DNA from: an uncultured delta proteobacterium
GTDB taxonomy: Bacteria > Desulfobacterota > Binatia > UBA9968
DNA length: 64,000 nt
Direction of reading: 5' to 3'
NCBI GenBank assembly: GCA_963745035.1
Contig: CAVUVW010000013.1
Span: 672,001-736,000 of the forward strand
The notes beneath the pieces are model-generated. The model did not search any database. It was not told the DNA's origin and was given only the letters and a program-made list of their open reading frames with translations. A program made the position numbers and the translations under genes. This document shows positions 15,072 to 25,577 of the stretch, in pieces (the stretch's first letter is position 1; each line of letters starts with the position of its first letter).

Positions 15072-15872
15072 TCAACGCTCGATGCGCACCGCCGACTCGA
15101 CCTTTTCGCCGAGAAAGCGGCGGCCAACTTTAATGAAGCGATCCGGCGCGTCGGTGACAAAAAAACTATGCGCCCCCTTGCCTGCCTTGCGCGCGAGCGC
15201 GGATTTCTTGAGCAACGCCGCGACCTCTCCGGCCGTCTCCTCGGCGGAATCGACGAGCCTGACGCCGCCGCCCAGGAATTTTCGAATAGCTTTCTTGAGC
15301 AAGGGATAATGCGTGCAGCCAAGGATCAATGTGTCGATGCCGCTCTGTTTGAGGCTTTCGAGATACGCCTTGACGGTCATTTCGACCACGGCATTGTCGG
15401 TCCAGCCCTCCTCGACCAGCGGCACGAACAGCGGGCAGGCGCGGCTGTACACTTCGACCGCCGCATCCGCGGTCTTTAGCGCCCGCGTGTAGGCGCCGCT
15501 TTGAATCGTCGCTTCGGTGCCGATCACGCCAACTTTTTTATTCCTCGTGCTCGCGAGCGCCCGCCGCACTCCCGGATGAATGACGCCGATCACCGGAAGA
15601 TCCAGCTCGGATTGCAAGCGCTCGAGCGCGACGGCGGTTGAGGTATTGCACGCGACGACGAGAATTTTGACGCCCTTCTCCACCAGAAACTCGCTGTTCT
15701 CGAACGAATAGCGCAGGACCGTATCCACCGACTTGGTGCCATAGGGCGACCGCGCGGTGTCGCCGAGATACACGGTATTTTCCCGCGGCAGCGCCTCGAT
15801 GATCTCGTGTAATACGGTCAGGCCGCCGATCCCGGAATCGAATACGCCGATGGCGCTCTCGTGATTACCCAT
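15072..15872 (-). CDS. murI: Glutamate racemase
   Basis: FDSGIGG, PYGTKS, VACNTST and LGCTHYP motifs; start at MGNHES. Confidence 0.95.
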   Translation of the reverse strand: MGNHESAIGVFDSGIGGLTVLHEIIEALPRENTVYLGDTARSPYGTKSVDTVLRYSFENSEFLVEKGVKILVVACNTSTAVALERLQSELDLPVIGVIHPGVRRALASTRNKKVGVIGTEATIQSGAYTRALKTADAAVEVYSRACPLFVPLVEEGWTDNAVVEMTVKAYLESLKQSGIDTLILGCTHYPLLKKAIRKFLGGGVRLVDSAEETAGEVAALLKKSALARKAGKGAHSFFVTDAPDRFIKVGRRFLGEKVESAVRIER

Positions 15873-16971
15873 GAATCGTTGGTTGAGCTTCCGGGGCCAT
15901 CTGGTTGCCGAGGTCTTTCTCGCAAGCCGGCGCAAAGCCGAAAACCTGTTTCCACACCTGACGTGATTCCATGCAGAGATAGATTTTCACGGTGGGCGCC
16001 GACCGGCGAATCCAGCGCACCATCTTGCGGTACATGGCAACCCGTAGCGGTTGAAAGTAGCGAAACTTGCCGTCCGGACAAAGCACCTGCTCGCCGGTCA
16101 AAAGCCCGGTCCGGGGGAAGCGCTGGCGCATCGCGCGCTTGAGCCCGGGCGTCTGGCGCAGCACGCCGAGGCTCAGCCAGGAGAGCCCGCGCCAATCGAC
16201 GGCGGCAAAAATCTGCTCGAGCATGTTTTCGTAATCGGTCTCCCAGCCGGGGTATTCGATCATGGGATCGAAGTGAAATCCCAGCCGGTAGCCGGCCTCC
16301 TGACAAAGCCGCGCCGCGCGCAGTCTTTGGTCGAGCGATGCCGTGCCATGCTCGTCGAGATCGATGACGCGCTGGGGATTCATCGACCAGCCGACGACGA
16401 TCCGGCCCTTTGGATCGAAGCGCAGCAAGCTCTCGACGCAATCGCTCTTGGTCTTGAGCTCGAGCAGAACGTTGGGCTGCTCGGCGAAATAGGGAATCAG
16501 CTCGCCGACCATGCCGGTGTAAGGCTCGAGGGCGAGACTGTCGGTGATCTCGCCCGTGCCGATGCGAAAGAAAACGCCGCGATGACGCGCCAAGGTGCGA
16601 TCGGTTTCGTCGATCATATCGCCGACGTTGCTGAAGACTTTGAGCGACGAGTTATCCGCCAGGTATTCCTGCAGGTAACAATAGCTGCAATCCATCGGGC
16701 AATTGCTCGCGAAGTTGATGACGAAATAATTGCAGCACACCTGCCCTTCGCTGCCCGGACATTTCTTTAAAAAATCTCCCTTGTGCCGGGTAAGATAAAG
16801 CGTTTTCTTCGCCGCCCCGAAACCGTCGCCGCCCGCCGGAGCCCGAGAAGACGCGATATCCTCGATCGTTCGAAAAGGCATGTCGGGCAACTTTTGCCGC
16901 AGGTTGCGATAGATCGGACTCGCCTCCGAGCCGCGCTCGACGATCACTTCGTCGAATTGGAAAGATTTCAT
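15865..16971 (-). CDS. Spore-photoproduct-lyase-like radical SAM protein
   Basis: CPMDCSYCYL (CxxxCxxC), GTGEITDS, ELKTKS, GFHFDP and YLCMES motifs. Confidence 0.85.
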   Translation of the reverse strand: MKSFQFDEVIVERGSEASPIYRNLRQKLPDMPFRTIEDIASSRAPAGGDGFGAAKKTLYLTRHKGDFLKKCPGSEGQVCCNYFVINFASNCPMDCSYCYLQEYLADNSSLKVFSNVGDMIDETDRTLARHRGVFFRIGTGEITDSLALEPYTGMVGELIPYFAEQPNVLLELKTKSDCVESLLRFDPKGRIVVGWSMNPQRVIDLDEHGTASLDQRLRAARLCQEAGYRLGFHFDPMIEYPGWETDYENMLEQIFAAVDWRGLSWLSLGVLRQTPGLKRAMRQRFPRTGLLTGEQVLCPDGKFRYFQPLRVAMYRKMVRWIRRSAPTVKIYLCMESRQVWKQVFGFAPACEKDLGNQMAPEAQPTIHG

Positions 16972-16974
16972 GAA

Positions 16975-17595
16975 TTACTCAGCGTTCTTCAGGACGGATT
17001 GTGCCACGGGCTGCAAATCATTCTCGACGCGGATTTCAGCTTCCTTCCGACCGCTCTCGCCGCGTCGTCCGGCCAGCAGCGCGAAAATTTCCGCCATCTC
17101 ATCGGTCGCCGCCGCCGCGCTCAAACGCTCGCTCAGCTCTCGCAGCTCGGTCGTGCTCCCGGCGTCAAACTCGACCCTGAGCCGGCCGCCTTCCAAACCC
17201 GGCGACGCGCTCAAGCGCAATCCCAGCGGGAAGCTTCAACGCCTTGATGGTTGCGGCCAGCGAATCTTCGAGCGCGGCCAGACGAGGGAATCGCCGACGC
17301 CGCAATTGCTCTTTGATGCGCTTGAGCTTGTCGGCGCGGCCGAGGCGCGGGTCGGTGCGGATCGCGCATCGATCGCCGGGCTTGCGAGAACTTCATGGAT
17401 CTTGGCATCATCGCGCAGCGCGATTTCTTCCAGCCAATCCATCATGTCGCGCAGGTGATTCTCGCTGGCTTTGAGGCCGGCGGCGATCGCTGCGAGGACA
17501 TCGCGGTCCGCTTCCTCCCATCCGAGCCAGCGCTCAAGCGTCTGCCGGTGAAAGCCCCTGCCCCGCGCGTAATCGCGAATCGCGCTCTCGCTCAT
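16975..17595 (-). CDS. Conserved hypothetical helical protein (resembles the C-terminal part of ParB-like proteins); frameshifted
   Basis: MSESAIRDYA...ENHLRDMMDWLEEI, then RRFPRLAALE and PGLEGGRLRVEF in shifted frames; tightly packed between its neighbours. Confidence 0.55.
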
Positions 17596-18430
17596 CGGTT
17601 TTCTCCAACTCGAACTCGCCCAGCATCGCCTCGAAGCCCTCCGCCTCGGCAATTTTGCCGCGCTTGCGCGCGCCGGCGGCGAGGATGGCGGCCTTCTTCC
17701 GCAAAACCTCGAGCGCCGCCTTTCGCCGCGCTGCCGCCGATGCCCGGCCGCAGAAGCTTCTGCAGCGCCCGCACGCGATATCGATCCATGCCCCACGTGG
17801 AGCGCGACAATTGGTCGGCGTGGCCGCCGCGCTTGACGACCAGGGCCTCGGGAATCAATGGAATCGGCCGCTCTGCGGCGATGCGCAGCCATAGATCGTA
17901 ATCCTCGCACACCGGAAAGCTCTCATCGAACCCGCCTGCCCGCTCGAACAGCTCTCGGGTCATCATCACCGCCGACGGGCTTACCAAGCAAAGATCGAGA
18001 CTGCGCAAAAAGACATCGCCCGAAGGCTTTCGGTGCGCCGCCTTGGGGTTTACCCGGACGCCGTTGCGGATCCAGATCTCTTCGGTTTGGCAGATCTCCA
18101 CGTCGGGACGGCCGATCATGAAGGCGGTCTGGCGCGCCAGCTTGCCGGGCAGCCAGAGATCGTCGGAATCGAGCAGCGCGAGATAACGACCGCTCGACCG
18201 GCTGACTCCCGTGTTGCGCGCCGCCGACGACGCCTTTTCTCGCCGTGCAAACGATTCGTCAATCGCGCGCCGAATCGAGCCAATGCGCGCGCCGTTCCGT
18301 CCGTCGAACCGTCGTCGACAACGACGAGCTCGAAGTCCGCAAAGCTTTGCGCCAGCACCGACTCGACGGCTGCGCCGACCATGGGCCATCGATTGAAGGT
18401 GGGAAGGATGACGCTTACGAGCGGCGGCAC
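17534..18430 (-). CDS. Glycosyltransferase family 2; frameshifted near 18250 and 17740, ends approximate
   Basis: VSVILPTFNR, VVDDGSTD, SAARNTG, LDSDDLW and CEDYDLWLR motifs. Confidence 0.85.
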
Positions 18431-18502
18431 GATCTCAACCGGCTGCCGGCACGAAGCCAAAGTCGCCGGGCAGCGTCAGGGAGTTTCTCATCATCGCAGC
18501 GA

Positions 18503-18934
18503 TCAGATAAAAGTCTCGATTTTTTTGAAGAACTGATCTACCATCATCTTGGTCACGCCGTTCATCATGCGCTGGCCGATGCTGGCGATCAATCCGCCTA
18601 TTTTGGCGTCGGTGCTGTACTTCAGGATGGTTTGGCCATTGTGTTCTTCCAGGTCGATGGACACGTCTCCTTGCATAAATCCCGGCCCGCCCGACCCTTG
18701 TCCGCTCAAGACGTAATGCGACGGCGGCTGCTTGTCCTTGATCGCGACCTTGCCCTTGTAGGTCCCTTTCACCGCGGCGATGCCGACTTTCATCACCGCT
18801 TCGTACTGGTCCGGGCCCGCCTCGGTCATGCTCTCGCAGCCCGGCATGCACTGCGCCATGATTTTCGGATCCTGCAGCACCTGCCAAACCCGCTCGCGCG
18901 GCGCCTGGAACGTGTAGCTACCTTCGATCTTCAA
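18503..18934 (-). CDS. CoxG / SRPBCC-family protein
   Basis: KIEGSYTFQAPRERVWQVLQDP, CMPGC and IGGLIASIGQRM motifs. Confidence 0.85.
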   Translation of the reverse strand: MKIEGSYTFQAPRERVWQVLQDPKIMAQCMPGCESMTEAGPDQYEAVMKVGIAAVKGTYKGKVAIKDKQPPSHYVLSGQGSGGPGFMQGDVSIDLEEHNGQTILKYSTDAKIGGLIASIGQRMMNGVTKMMVDQFFKKIETFI

Positions 18935-19123
18935 AAAACTTTTCCTCAGCTTTGCTTTCTTCGCCGCTTGGAATGCCGCGGCGATGCGCAAAAACCATAA
19001 CGTTCCGGGCACCAAAAGACAACCGGCGCGCCGGCGGCGCGGCAGTTCGTCCCTCTTCTTCGCGGCGGTCCTTGGGACAATTTGCAATTGAATCGCCGCG
19101 CGACCTTCGCTAAGATTTTCGCG

Positions 19124-21163
19124 ATGAGTCCGCGATGTGCCTTGATCCTGACGTTTCTCCTAGCTTTGCCGGCGGCGGCTTTCTGCCAAAGCCGCGATCC
19201 GCGCGAAGCGTTCGCCGGCGCCTACGCCCACTACACTTCCGGCAGGCCGGCGGAAGCGAAGGAGCTTTTCCGCAATACGTTGAACGGCGATTTTCGTCTC
19301 GCCGACTACAGCTTGTATTATCTCGCGGTCATCGCCTTTAACGAAGGCAATTGGGATCAGTCGCGGCAGCGCCTGAATCAGCTCAAACAGCGATTTCCGC
19401 AGAGTCTCTGGTTCCAATCCGCCACCCTGCTTCAAGCCAAAAACGAGCTCGCCGAAAAAAAATATGACCGGGCGGGCGAGATCCTGCGCCAGCTTCGCGC
19501 CGAGAAAACGATCCGGCGCGATATCGCCGACGAGGCGCTCTATCTCCAGGCGCAAGCGCGCGACGGCCAAGGCGAGCCGCGGCGCGCCTATGCGCTCTAC
19601 GATGAGTTGCGCGACAACTCGCCAAACTCGCGCTGGACGCCGGCCGCAAGAAAAGCCCAGGCACGCTTACGCGAAAAGCATCCCGAGCTGTTTCCCTTCG
19701 GGACTTTGCAGTCGCTGGCGGAAGAGGCCGACCGGCTCGCCCGCGAGCGCCAAACCGGTGAAGCCGAAATTCTTTATAAAAAACTTCTCAACAACGCCGC
19801 TGACGCGGAGACGCGGCTACGCTTCCTAAGCAAACTCTCCACGCTCTATCTTTCGGCGCGCAACCGTAATGAGGCGATGCCGCTGCTCGAGCAGATCGCC
19901 CGCGACTACCCGCAAAACGCCGAAGCGTCCCGAGCGCTTTACCAGATCGGGCAGATTCTCTGGAATCGCCACGATAATGCCCAGGCGCTCGACTATTTTA
20001 AATCTGTGATCGAAAAATATCCCGCCAGCGCTTTCGTCGACCGCAGCCAATATGCGGCCGCGGATATTCACGAGTACTTCGGTCGCAAAGACGAAGCGGC
20101 GCAGGCATACGCCAACGTGGTCAAGCAGTTCCCCAAGAGCACGGTGCGCGACGAGGCGCAGTGGCGCCTCGCCTGGCTGTATTACCGCGCCGGTGAGATG
20201 CCGGCGGCAACGGCGACATTCAAGGCGCTGGCCCAGCAATCGAAGAACGGCCAGTTCGGCACCGCGGCGCTCTACTGGCAGGCGCGCAGCGCCGAAAAGG
20301 CGGGCGAAACCGAGACCGTCAAGCCGGTTTACCGGCAGATTCTAAACGGCGGCGCGGAATCCTATTATGAGGCGCTCGCGCTGCGAGCTCTCGAGAGGCT
20401 GGGCGAATCGATCGACGAGCCGCTGCAGTCCAGGCCGGCGGCGGCTACAGAGGGCGATCCGGCAGTGACGGCAGAAATCGAGTTTCACCTGACGCGCGCG
20501 CGCGAGCTCGCCGTCCTGTCGCTGCATCCGCTGGCGGTGGCGGAGCTGGACGAGATCAACGCCAAGACCAAGCCTGCGGGCCGGCTGCGCGCGCTGCTCA
20601 TGCGCGAATATTTTCGCAACCACGCCTATGGCCGCAGTCTCAGCGTCGCCAACCAGACGCCGCTCTCGCAACCCGAGCGCGATCTCTACCGCTATCCGCT
20701 GGCGTTCTGGGAATTGATTCAGCAGAAGTCCCTGGAGCGCGATCTTGATCCGTATCTGATCTTGGCGCTGATCCGCCAGGAAAGTTTGTTCGATCAGCGC
20801 GCGCGCTCGCCGGCGGCCGCGCTCGGCTTGATGCAGTTGATCCCGCCGACGGCAGCTCGGGTCGCCAGGCAGCTCGGCCTCGCTCCGCCCTCGCAGGACA
20901 AGCTCTTCGAGGCCGACGTCAATTTGACCCTCGGCACCGAGTATCTGAAAGACCTGCTGCTTCGCTACGGGAACAACTGGCAAAAGGCGCTGGCCGCCTA
21001 CAACGCCGGAGAGGCCGCGGTCGATCGTTGGGAGCGCGAGATCGTTACCGACGACATTGAGGAATTCGTCGAGCGCATACCCTATGTCGAAACCCGCGGC
21101 TATGTTAAACTCGTTCTCCGTAATCATCGAATCTACAAAAGGCTCTACAATCAGAAAAAATGA
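19124..21163 (+). CDS. slt: TPR-containing soluble lytic transglycosylase
   Basis: Signal peptide, TPR repeats, IRQES, ALGLMQL, AAYNAG and ETRGYV motifs. Confidence 0.9.
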   Translation: MSPRCALILTFLLALPAAAFCQSRDPREAFAGAYAHYTSGRPAEAKELFRNTLNGDFRLADYSLYYLAVIAFNEGNWDQSRQRLNQLKQRFPQSLWFQSATLLQAKNELAEKKYDRAGEILRQLRAEKTIRRDIADEALYLQAQARDGQGEPRRAYALYDELRDNSPNSRWTPAARKAQARLREKHPELFPFGTLQSLAEEADRLARERQTGEAEILYKKLLNNAADAETRLRFLSKLSTLYLSARNRNEAMPLLEQIARDYPQNAEASRALYQIGQILWNRHDNAQALDYFKSVIEKYPASAFVDRSQYAAADIHEYFGRKDEAAQAYANVVKQFPKSTVRDEAQWRLAWLYYRAGEMPAATATFKALAQQSKNGQFGTAALYWQARSAEKAGETETVKPVYRQILNGGAESYYEALALRALERLGESIDEPLQSRPAAATEGDPAVTAEIEFHLTRARELAVLSLHPLAVAELDEINAKTKPAGRLRALLMREYFRNHAYGRSLSVANQTPLSQPERDLYRYPLAFWELIQQKSLERDLDPYLILALIRQESLFDQRARSPAAALGLMQLIPPTAARVARQLGLAPPSQDKLFEADVNLTLGTEYLKDLLLRYGNNWQKALAAYNAGEAAVDRWEREIVTDDIEEFVERIPYVETRGYVKLVLRNHRIYKRLYNQKK

Positions 21164-21921
21164 CCAGCGGCGCTTTGCCTTTGATCGGCATTACGGCAGA
21201 CTTCTCGCGCGCTTCCACTGCATTTACCGAGACAGCCAAAGACTCCACCTTATTCCTGCCGGGGCGGTATCTCGCGGCGATTGAACGCGCCGGTGCCGTC
21301 CCGCTTGTCTTGCCCGCTTGCCCCACCAAAGCGGCGGTCCGCCGCTTGCTCGGCGTATTGAACGGTCTGGTACTGAGCGGCGGGAACTTCGACATTCACC
21401 CGCGTTACTACGGCGAAAGAGCAATGAAGCAGCTCGGCGCCATCAAGACGACGCGCACGGAATTCGAGTTGGAGATTGCCGCCGCAGCCATGGATCGTGA
21501 TTTGCCGGTTTTGGGCATTTGCGGCGGCGCTCAGGCGATCAACGTGGCCCTGGGCGGCTCGCTCTATCAAGACATCGCGGCCCAACTCGGCAAGCGCGGC
21601 GCCAACGAGCACACTTCCAAAAACGCCGACGGCGGTCATGCGATTCGGATCGAGCCCGGCACCCGACTGTTCGATATCGTCCAACGTTCGCGCGTGGCGG
21701 TGAATACCAGCCACCATCAGGCGATCAAGCGCCTCGGGCACGGGCTCATCGTCAACGCCGTCGCCGACGATGGCGTGATTGAAGGCATCGAAAGCGCGCG
21801 CCACGGTTTGGTCCTGGGCGTGCAGTGGCATCCGGAGGCGCTGGCGCCGCATCAAACGCTGCAGCGCCGTCTGTTCTCCGCTTTTGTGTCCTTCTGCAAA
21901 CGACGTTCGCGGAGGCGCTGA
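21160..21921 (+). CDS. Peptidase C26 / gamma-glutamyl-GABA hydrolase-like class I glutamine amidotransferase
   Basis: LSGG, LGICGGAQ, NTSHHQA and GVQWHPE motifs. Confidence 0.9.
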   Translation: MTSGALPLIGITADFSRASTAFTETAKDSTLFLPGRYLAAIERAGAVPLVLPACPTKAAVRRLLGVLNGLVLSGGNFDIHPRYYGERAMKQLGAIKTTRTEFELEIAAAAMDRDLPVLGICGGAQAINVALGGSLYQDIAAQLGKRGANEHTSKNADGGHAIRIEPGTRLFDIVQRSRVAVNTSHHQAIKRLGHGLIVNAVADDGVIEGIESARHGLVLGVQWHPEALAPHQTLQRRLFSAFVSFCKRRSRRR

Positions 21922-21938
21922 TCGCGCGTCCCTTGATC

Positions 21939-24266
21939 ATGGCCACGCACATTTTCACTCCCGACTCCTACGGCCTCAGCTTGTTCGCGCTGCCACCTAT
22001 GCTCACCGCGAGCACCATGCTCGCTCTCGGCGTGGCCGTGTTGCGTCGCGAGCGCGACTCGCGCGTGAGCATTTCGTTTTTTCTCGTGACTCTCACCGGA
22101 GCGGTCTGGCTGTCGAGCTATGCGCTCATGTACTGCGCGCGCAGCGCGGGCGTCGCGGCGACATGGGGCCAGCTCGGCCACGTCGGCATCACATTCATTC
22201 CTGCCGCGGTGTACCACTTTGCCGCCAGCGCGCTGCAGGTCTACAAGCGCCACCGGCTGCGAGTGTGGCTGACCTGGATCATCTCCGCGGCGTTTCTCGT
22301 GAGCGTCTTTGCGGGCGATACCCTCATCGCGGGAGTTCAGCTTCACTGGTGGGGCTATTATCCGCTCTACGGCTGGATGGGCGCGCTGTTCGTCGGCTTC
22401 TTTTTTGCGCTGATGGCTTTGAGCCTGCGCGCGTACTGGAGTGCCTGCCGCTCCGCTCTGCCGGGGCCGAGTAAGTTTCGCAGCCGCGCTCTGCTCGCCG
22501 CGTTCTGCGTCGCTTATCTGGGATCGTTCGATTACCTCGCAGCGTTCGGTGTGCCGGTCTATCCCTTCGGCTACGTTCCAGTCTTGGGCTTCATCGTGAT
22601 CGTCGGCCGCACCATCCGCCGCTATCGCCTGGTGAGCATCACTCCGGAGTTCGCCGCCCGCGAGATCCTGCATGCGATGGACGACGCCTTGTTGATCATG
22701 GACAACGAGGGCATCGTGCGGGTCTGCAATCACGCCGCGTGCCGGATATTTTCCCGCGCCGAAACCGATCTCGAAGGCTCCTCGGCGGCAGACCTCGCGC
22801 GGGCTTTGATCTCGCCCGTCGATCGGTTGGCGCAGCGCATGGTCGGAGGCTCGCTGCGCAATCATGAATGCGCCGCTCACGGCGGCCGCACCGCTCTCAA
22901 CCTGTCGTCCTTTGTCATGCGCGACCGGGAAAACAATCACATTGCCACCCTCTGCATGATTCGCGACGTTACCCAGGCCAAAGCGGTACAGCGCCAGATC
23001 GAAGGACACACCCGTCGACAAGCGGCGCTTTACGAATTCAACCTCGCGGCCACGTCGACGTTGGAGCTGAGCGCGGTGCTGCAGGTGCTGCTGGAGCGGC
23101 TGGAGGCTTTGGTGCCGTCCGCCGCTACCACCGTCATGTTGCTCGGCGGGCCCGGCGAGGTGCTGCGCAAGCTTGCCTGCCGCGGTATCGACGAAACCGC
23201 CTGGAAAGCGACGCCGTCCAGAGAAACCTCGCTCCATCCGGTTCTGCGCCTCAAAGAACCGGTTGAGATCACCGATATTCGGGACTATCCCGCCGGCGGC
23301 CTCGATTATGTTTTTTTCAGCAGTCGCGGATTCCGCTCCTATCTCGGTTTCCCTCTGATCGCGCAAAATCGAGTGATTGGCGTTCTGTCGTTCTACTCCC
23401 GCGAAGAGCGCCGCTATGGCGAGGAGGAAAAGAGTTTTTTGCGCAGCCTCGCCGGACAAGCCGCGGTGGCGATCCACAACTCCGAGCTCTACGAGCAAAT
23501 CCATCGGCAGGCCGCGGCGCTGGAAAAAGCCAACCGCGTGCGCGACGATTTCCTGAGCGTCATGTCGCATGAGCTGCGCACCCCGCTGAACGTGATCTCT
23601 GGCTACACCAGGCTCGTGCAGGAGGGCCTCATGGGGCGAGTGAGCGCGGAGCAATACAACGCGCTCGACAAGGTGAGCCGCCACGCCGATGAGCTTTTGT
23701 TCATGGTGAGCAGCATTATGAACGCGGCCAAGATCGAGGGCGGCGCGCTGGCCTTGGACCGCCAGGAGTTTCCTCTCACCGAACTGCTCGAGGAGCTCCA
23801 ATCGCTTTACGATTACCCGCGCGGTAAAGCAGTCGCCCTGGAATGGGACTATCCCGGCGACTTGCCCTCGTTGCAAAGCGACCGCGACAAATTGAAGCAT
23901 GCGCTGCAGAACCTGATCAATAACGCGCTCAAATTTACCGACGCCGGCAGTGTGACGGTCACGGCGCGTCACAACCAAGAACAAGACACCGTGGAGCTTA
24001 CGGTCGCGGACACCGGAATCGGCATTCCCGCGGAGGACTTACCGCTCGTCTTCGACCGTTTTCGCCAAGTCGACAGCTCGAGGACGCGCGCCCACGGCGG
24101 CGTCGGCCTAGGCCTCCATATTGTCCGGACGTTCACGGACATCCTGGGTGGACGGATCGAAGTCGCAAGCGCGCCGGGCCGAGGCTCGACTTTTACGATC
24201 ACGCTTCCCTGTACCTGCCGCAAACCCTCCGGGATGAATCCCGGCGGCGCACTTATTTCCAGCTAA
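21939..24266 (+). CDS. Sensor histidine kinase (7TM-PAS-GAF-HisKA-HATPase)
   Basis: Multiple N-terminal TM helices, SHELRTPLN, NNALKFT, DTGIG and GVGLGL motifs. Confidence 0.9.
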   Translation: MATHIFTPDSYGLSLFALPPMLTASTMLALGVAVLRRERDSRVSISFFLVTLTGAVWLSSYALMYCARSAGVAATWGQLGHVGITFIPAAVYHFAASALQVYKRHRLRVWLTWIISAAFLVSVFAGDTLIAGVQLHWWGYYPLYGWMGALFVGFFFALMALSLRAYWSACRSALPGPSKFRSRALLAAFCVAYLGSFDYLAAFGVPVYPFGYVPVLGFIVIVGRTIRRYRLVSITPEFAAREILHAMDDALLIMDNEGIVRVCNHAACRIFSRAETDLEGSSAADLARALISPVDRLAQRMVGGSLRNHECAAHGGRTALNLSSFVMRDRENNHIATLCMIRDVTQAKAVQRQIEGHTRRQAALYEFNLAATSTLELSAVLQVLLERLEALVPSAATTVMLLGGPGEVLRKLACRGIDETAWKATPSRETSLHPVLRLKEPVEITDIRDYPAGGLDYVFFSSRGFRSYLGFPLIAQNRVIGVLSFYSREERRYGEEEKSFLRSLAGQAAVAIHNSELYEQIHRQAAALEKANRVRDDFLSVMSHELRTPLNVISGYTRLVQEGLMGRVSAEQYNALDKVSRHADELLFMVSSIMNAAKIEGGALALDRQEFPLTELLEELQSLYDYPRGKAVALEWDYPGDLPSLQSDRDKLKHALQNLINNALKFTDAGSVTVTARHNQEQDTVELTVADTGIGIPAEDLPLVFDRFRQVDSSRTRAHGGVGLGLHIVRTFTDILGGRIEVASAPGRGSTFTITLPCTCRKPSGMNPGGALISS

Positions 24267-24394
24267 CATTCACGCCAGAATTTCTCTATGCGCGGGCGCT
24301 AACCCGCGCGGTCTACTCCAGCCGCGGTTGCAATCCTCACTGGCCTGGGGCAAAGAGAAAGCGAATTGACCGGCTCGCGCTGAAAGGAGCAATC

Positions 24395-25532
24395 ATGCCC
24401 AATAACATCGGCGGCGATGTGTTCGACAAAGAGCAGGCGGAAAGACTGCTCTATCCGGCGCAAGGTTTATCCGGCGGCGGCCAATTGGAAGTCCGCATGG
24501 AGATTTCGCCGGACCATCCCGATCCGGACATTCGCGGCGTCGCTCGCCGGGTAAAGTTTTTCAATCTCGAAAGCTGGCACAAGGAATGGGTCGAAGTCGC
24601 GAAGAAAAACGAAGAGTTGGCGGCCGGGTTCGAGCAGGAAAAGCGCCACCAAACCGCCCACGAGTTTTATCTTGCGCGCCGCCGACTTTTACCGGCGCGC
24701 CGTCGTCTACTTGCCCGACACCGACGGCCGCATGCTGCCGACTTTCCAAAAGCTCGAAGAAAATTTCGAGAACGCTTGGCGCCTGGTCAAACCGCCTTTC
24801 GAGCGGGTGGAGATCACGTATGAGGGCCATAACTTACCGGCGCTTTTCTGGCCCGGCCGCGGCAAGGCGGGCGCGAAGCTCCCGGTGGTCTACAACTACG
24901 GCGGCGCCGACGGCATTTTGCTGCGCGGCGAAGACGGCGGGGCCGGTCAGTACGTGCGTCGCGGCATGTCGTTCATCGACGTCGACGGCCCGGGCCACGG
25001 CGGCACCCTGCGCCATCACAAGCTCTATGCGCCGCCCGACTCGGAGCGGGTCGCCAAGGCGGTGCTCGACTATCTCGTCACGCGCCCGGATGTGGATGCC
25101 GAGCGCATCGGTCTGCACGGCTCAAGCATGGGCGGCTACTCCGGCCCGCGCTGCGCGACCGTAGAAAAGCGCATCAAAGCGGTGGCGGTATGGAGTGGCG
25201 CGTATAATTTGGTCGAGGACATTTTCGATTATTACCCGCCAATTCAGGATCGCTTGCGCTGGCTCATGGGCGCCAAAGACCTGAAGGAAGCGCGCGAGCG
25301 AATGAAGGAATTTTCGTTGGTCGGACGCGCCGACAAGATCGAATGTTCTCTGTTGGTCGGTTACAGCATCGACGATCGCGTCATGGACCCGCGCGGCGCG
25401 CTCCGGCTTTACGAAAACGCCGTCAATTCGCCGGACCGCGCGATGCTCGACGGTGTCGGTCACGGCCAGAAGCGCTTCGACCGGCGCACCTACATCGCCG
25501 ACTGGTTCATGAAACAGCTTCGAGCCGGCTAG
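24395..25532 (+). CDS. Alpha/beta hydrolase (FrsA / 2,6-dihydroxypseudooxynicotine hydrolase-like); frameshift near 24672
   Basis: GGADG, DGPGHG, GSSMGG nucleophile elbow and GVGH motifs; RBS aggag before 24395. Confidence 0.8.
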
Positions 25533-25577
25533 AGCGCTCCAGGCATTAAGCGGCGAGCGCGCCGCGCGGAGGAACAG

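Noticed and set aside
18503-18934. CoxG as evidence for aerobic CO oxidation
   Set aside because: There are no coxLMS genes nearby, and CoxG/SRPBCC proteins often occur alone.
21852-23984. Long antisense ORFs (710 aa here; also 13162-14604 and 30414-31640)
   Set aside because: They are shadows of well-supported genes on the opposite strand in GC-rich DNA and contain no motifs.
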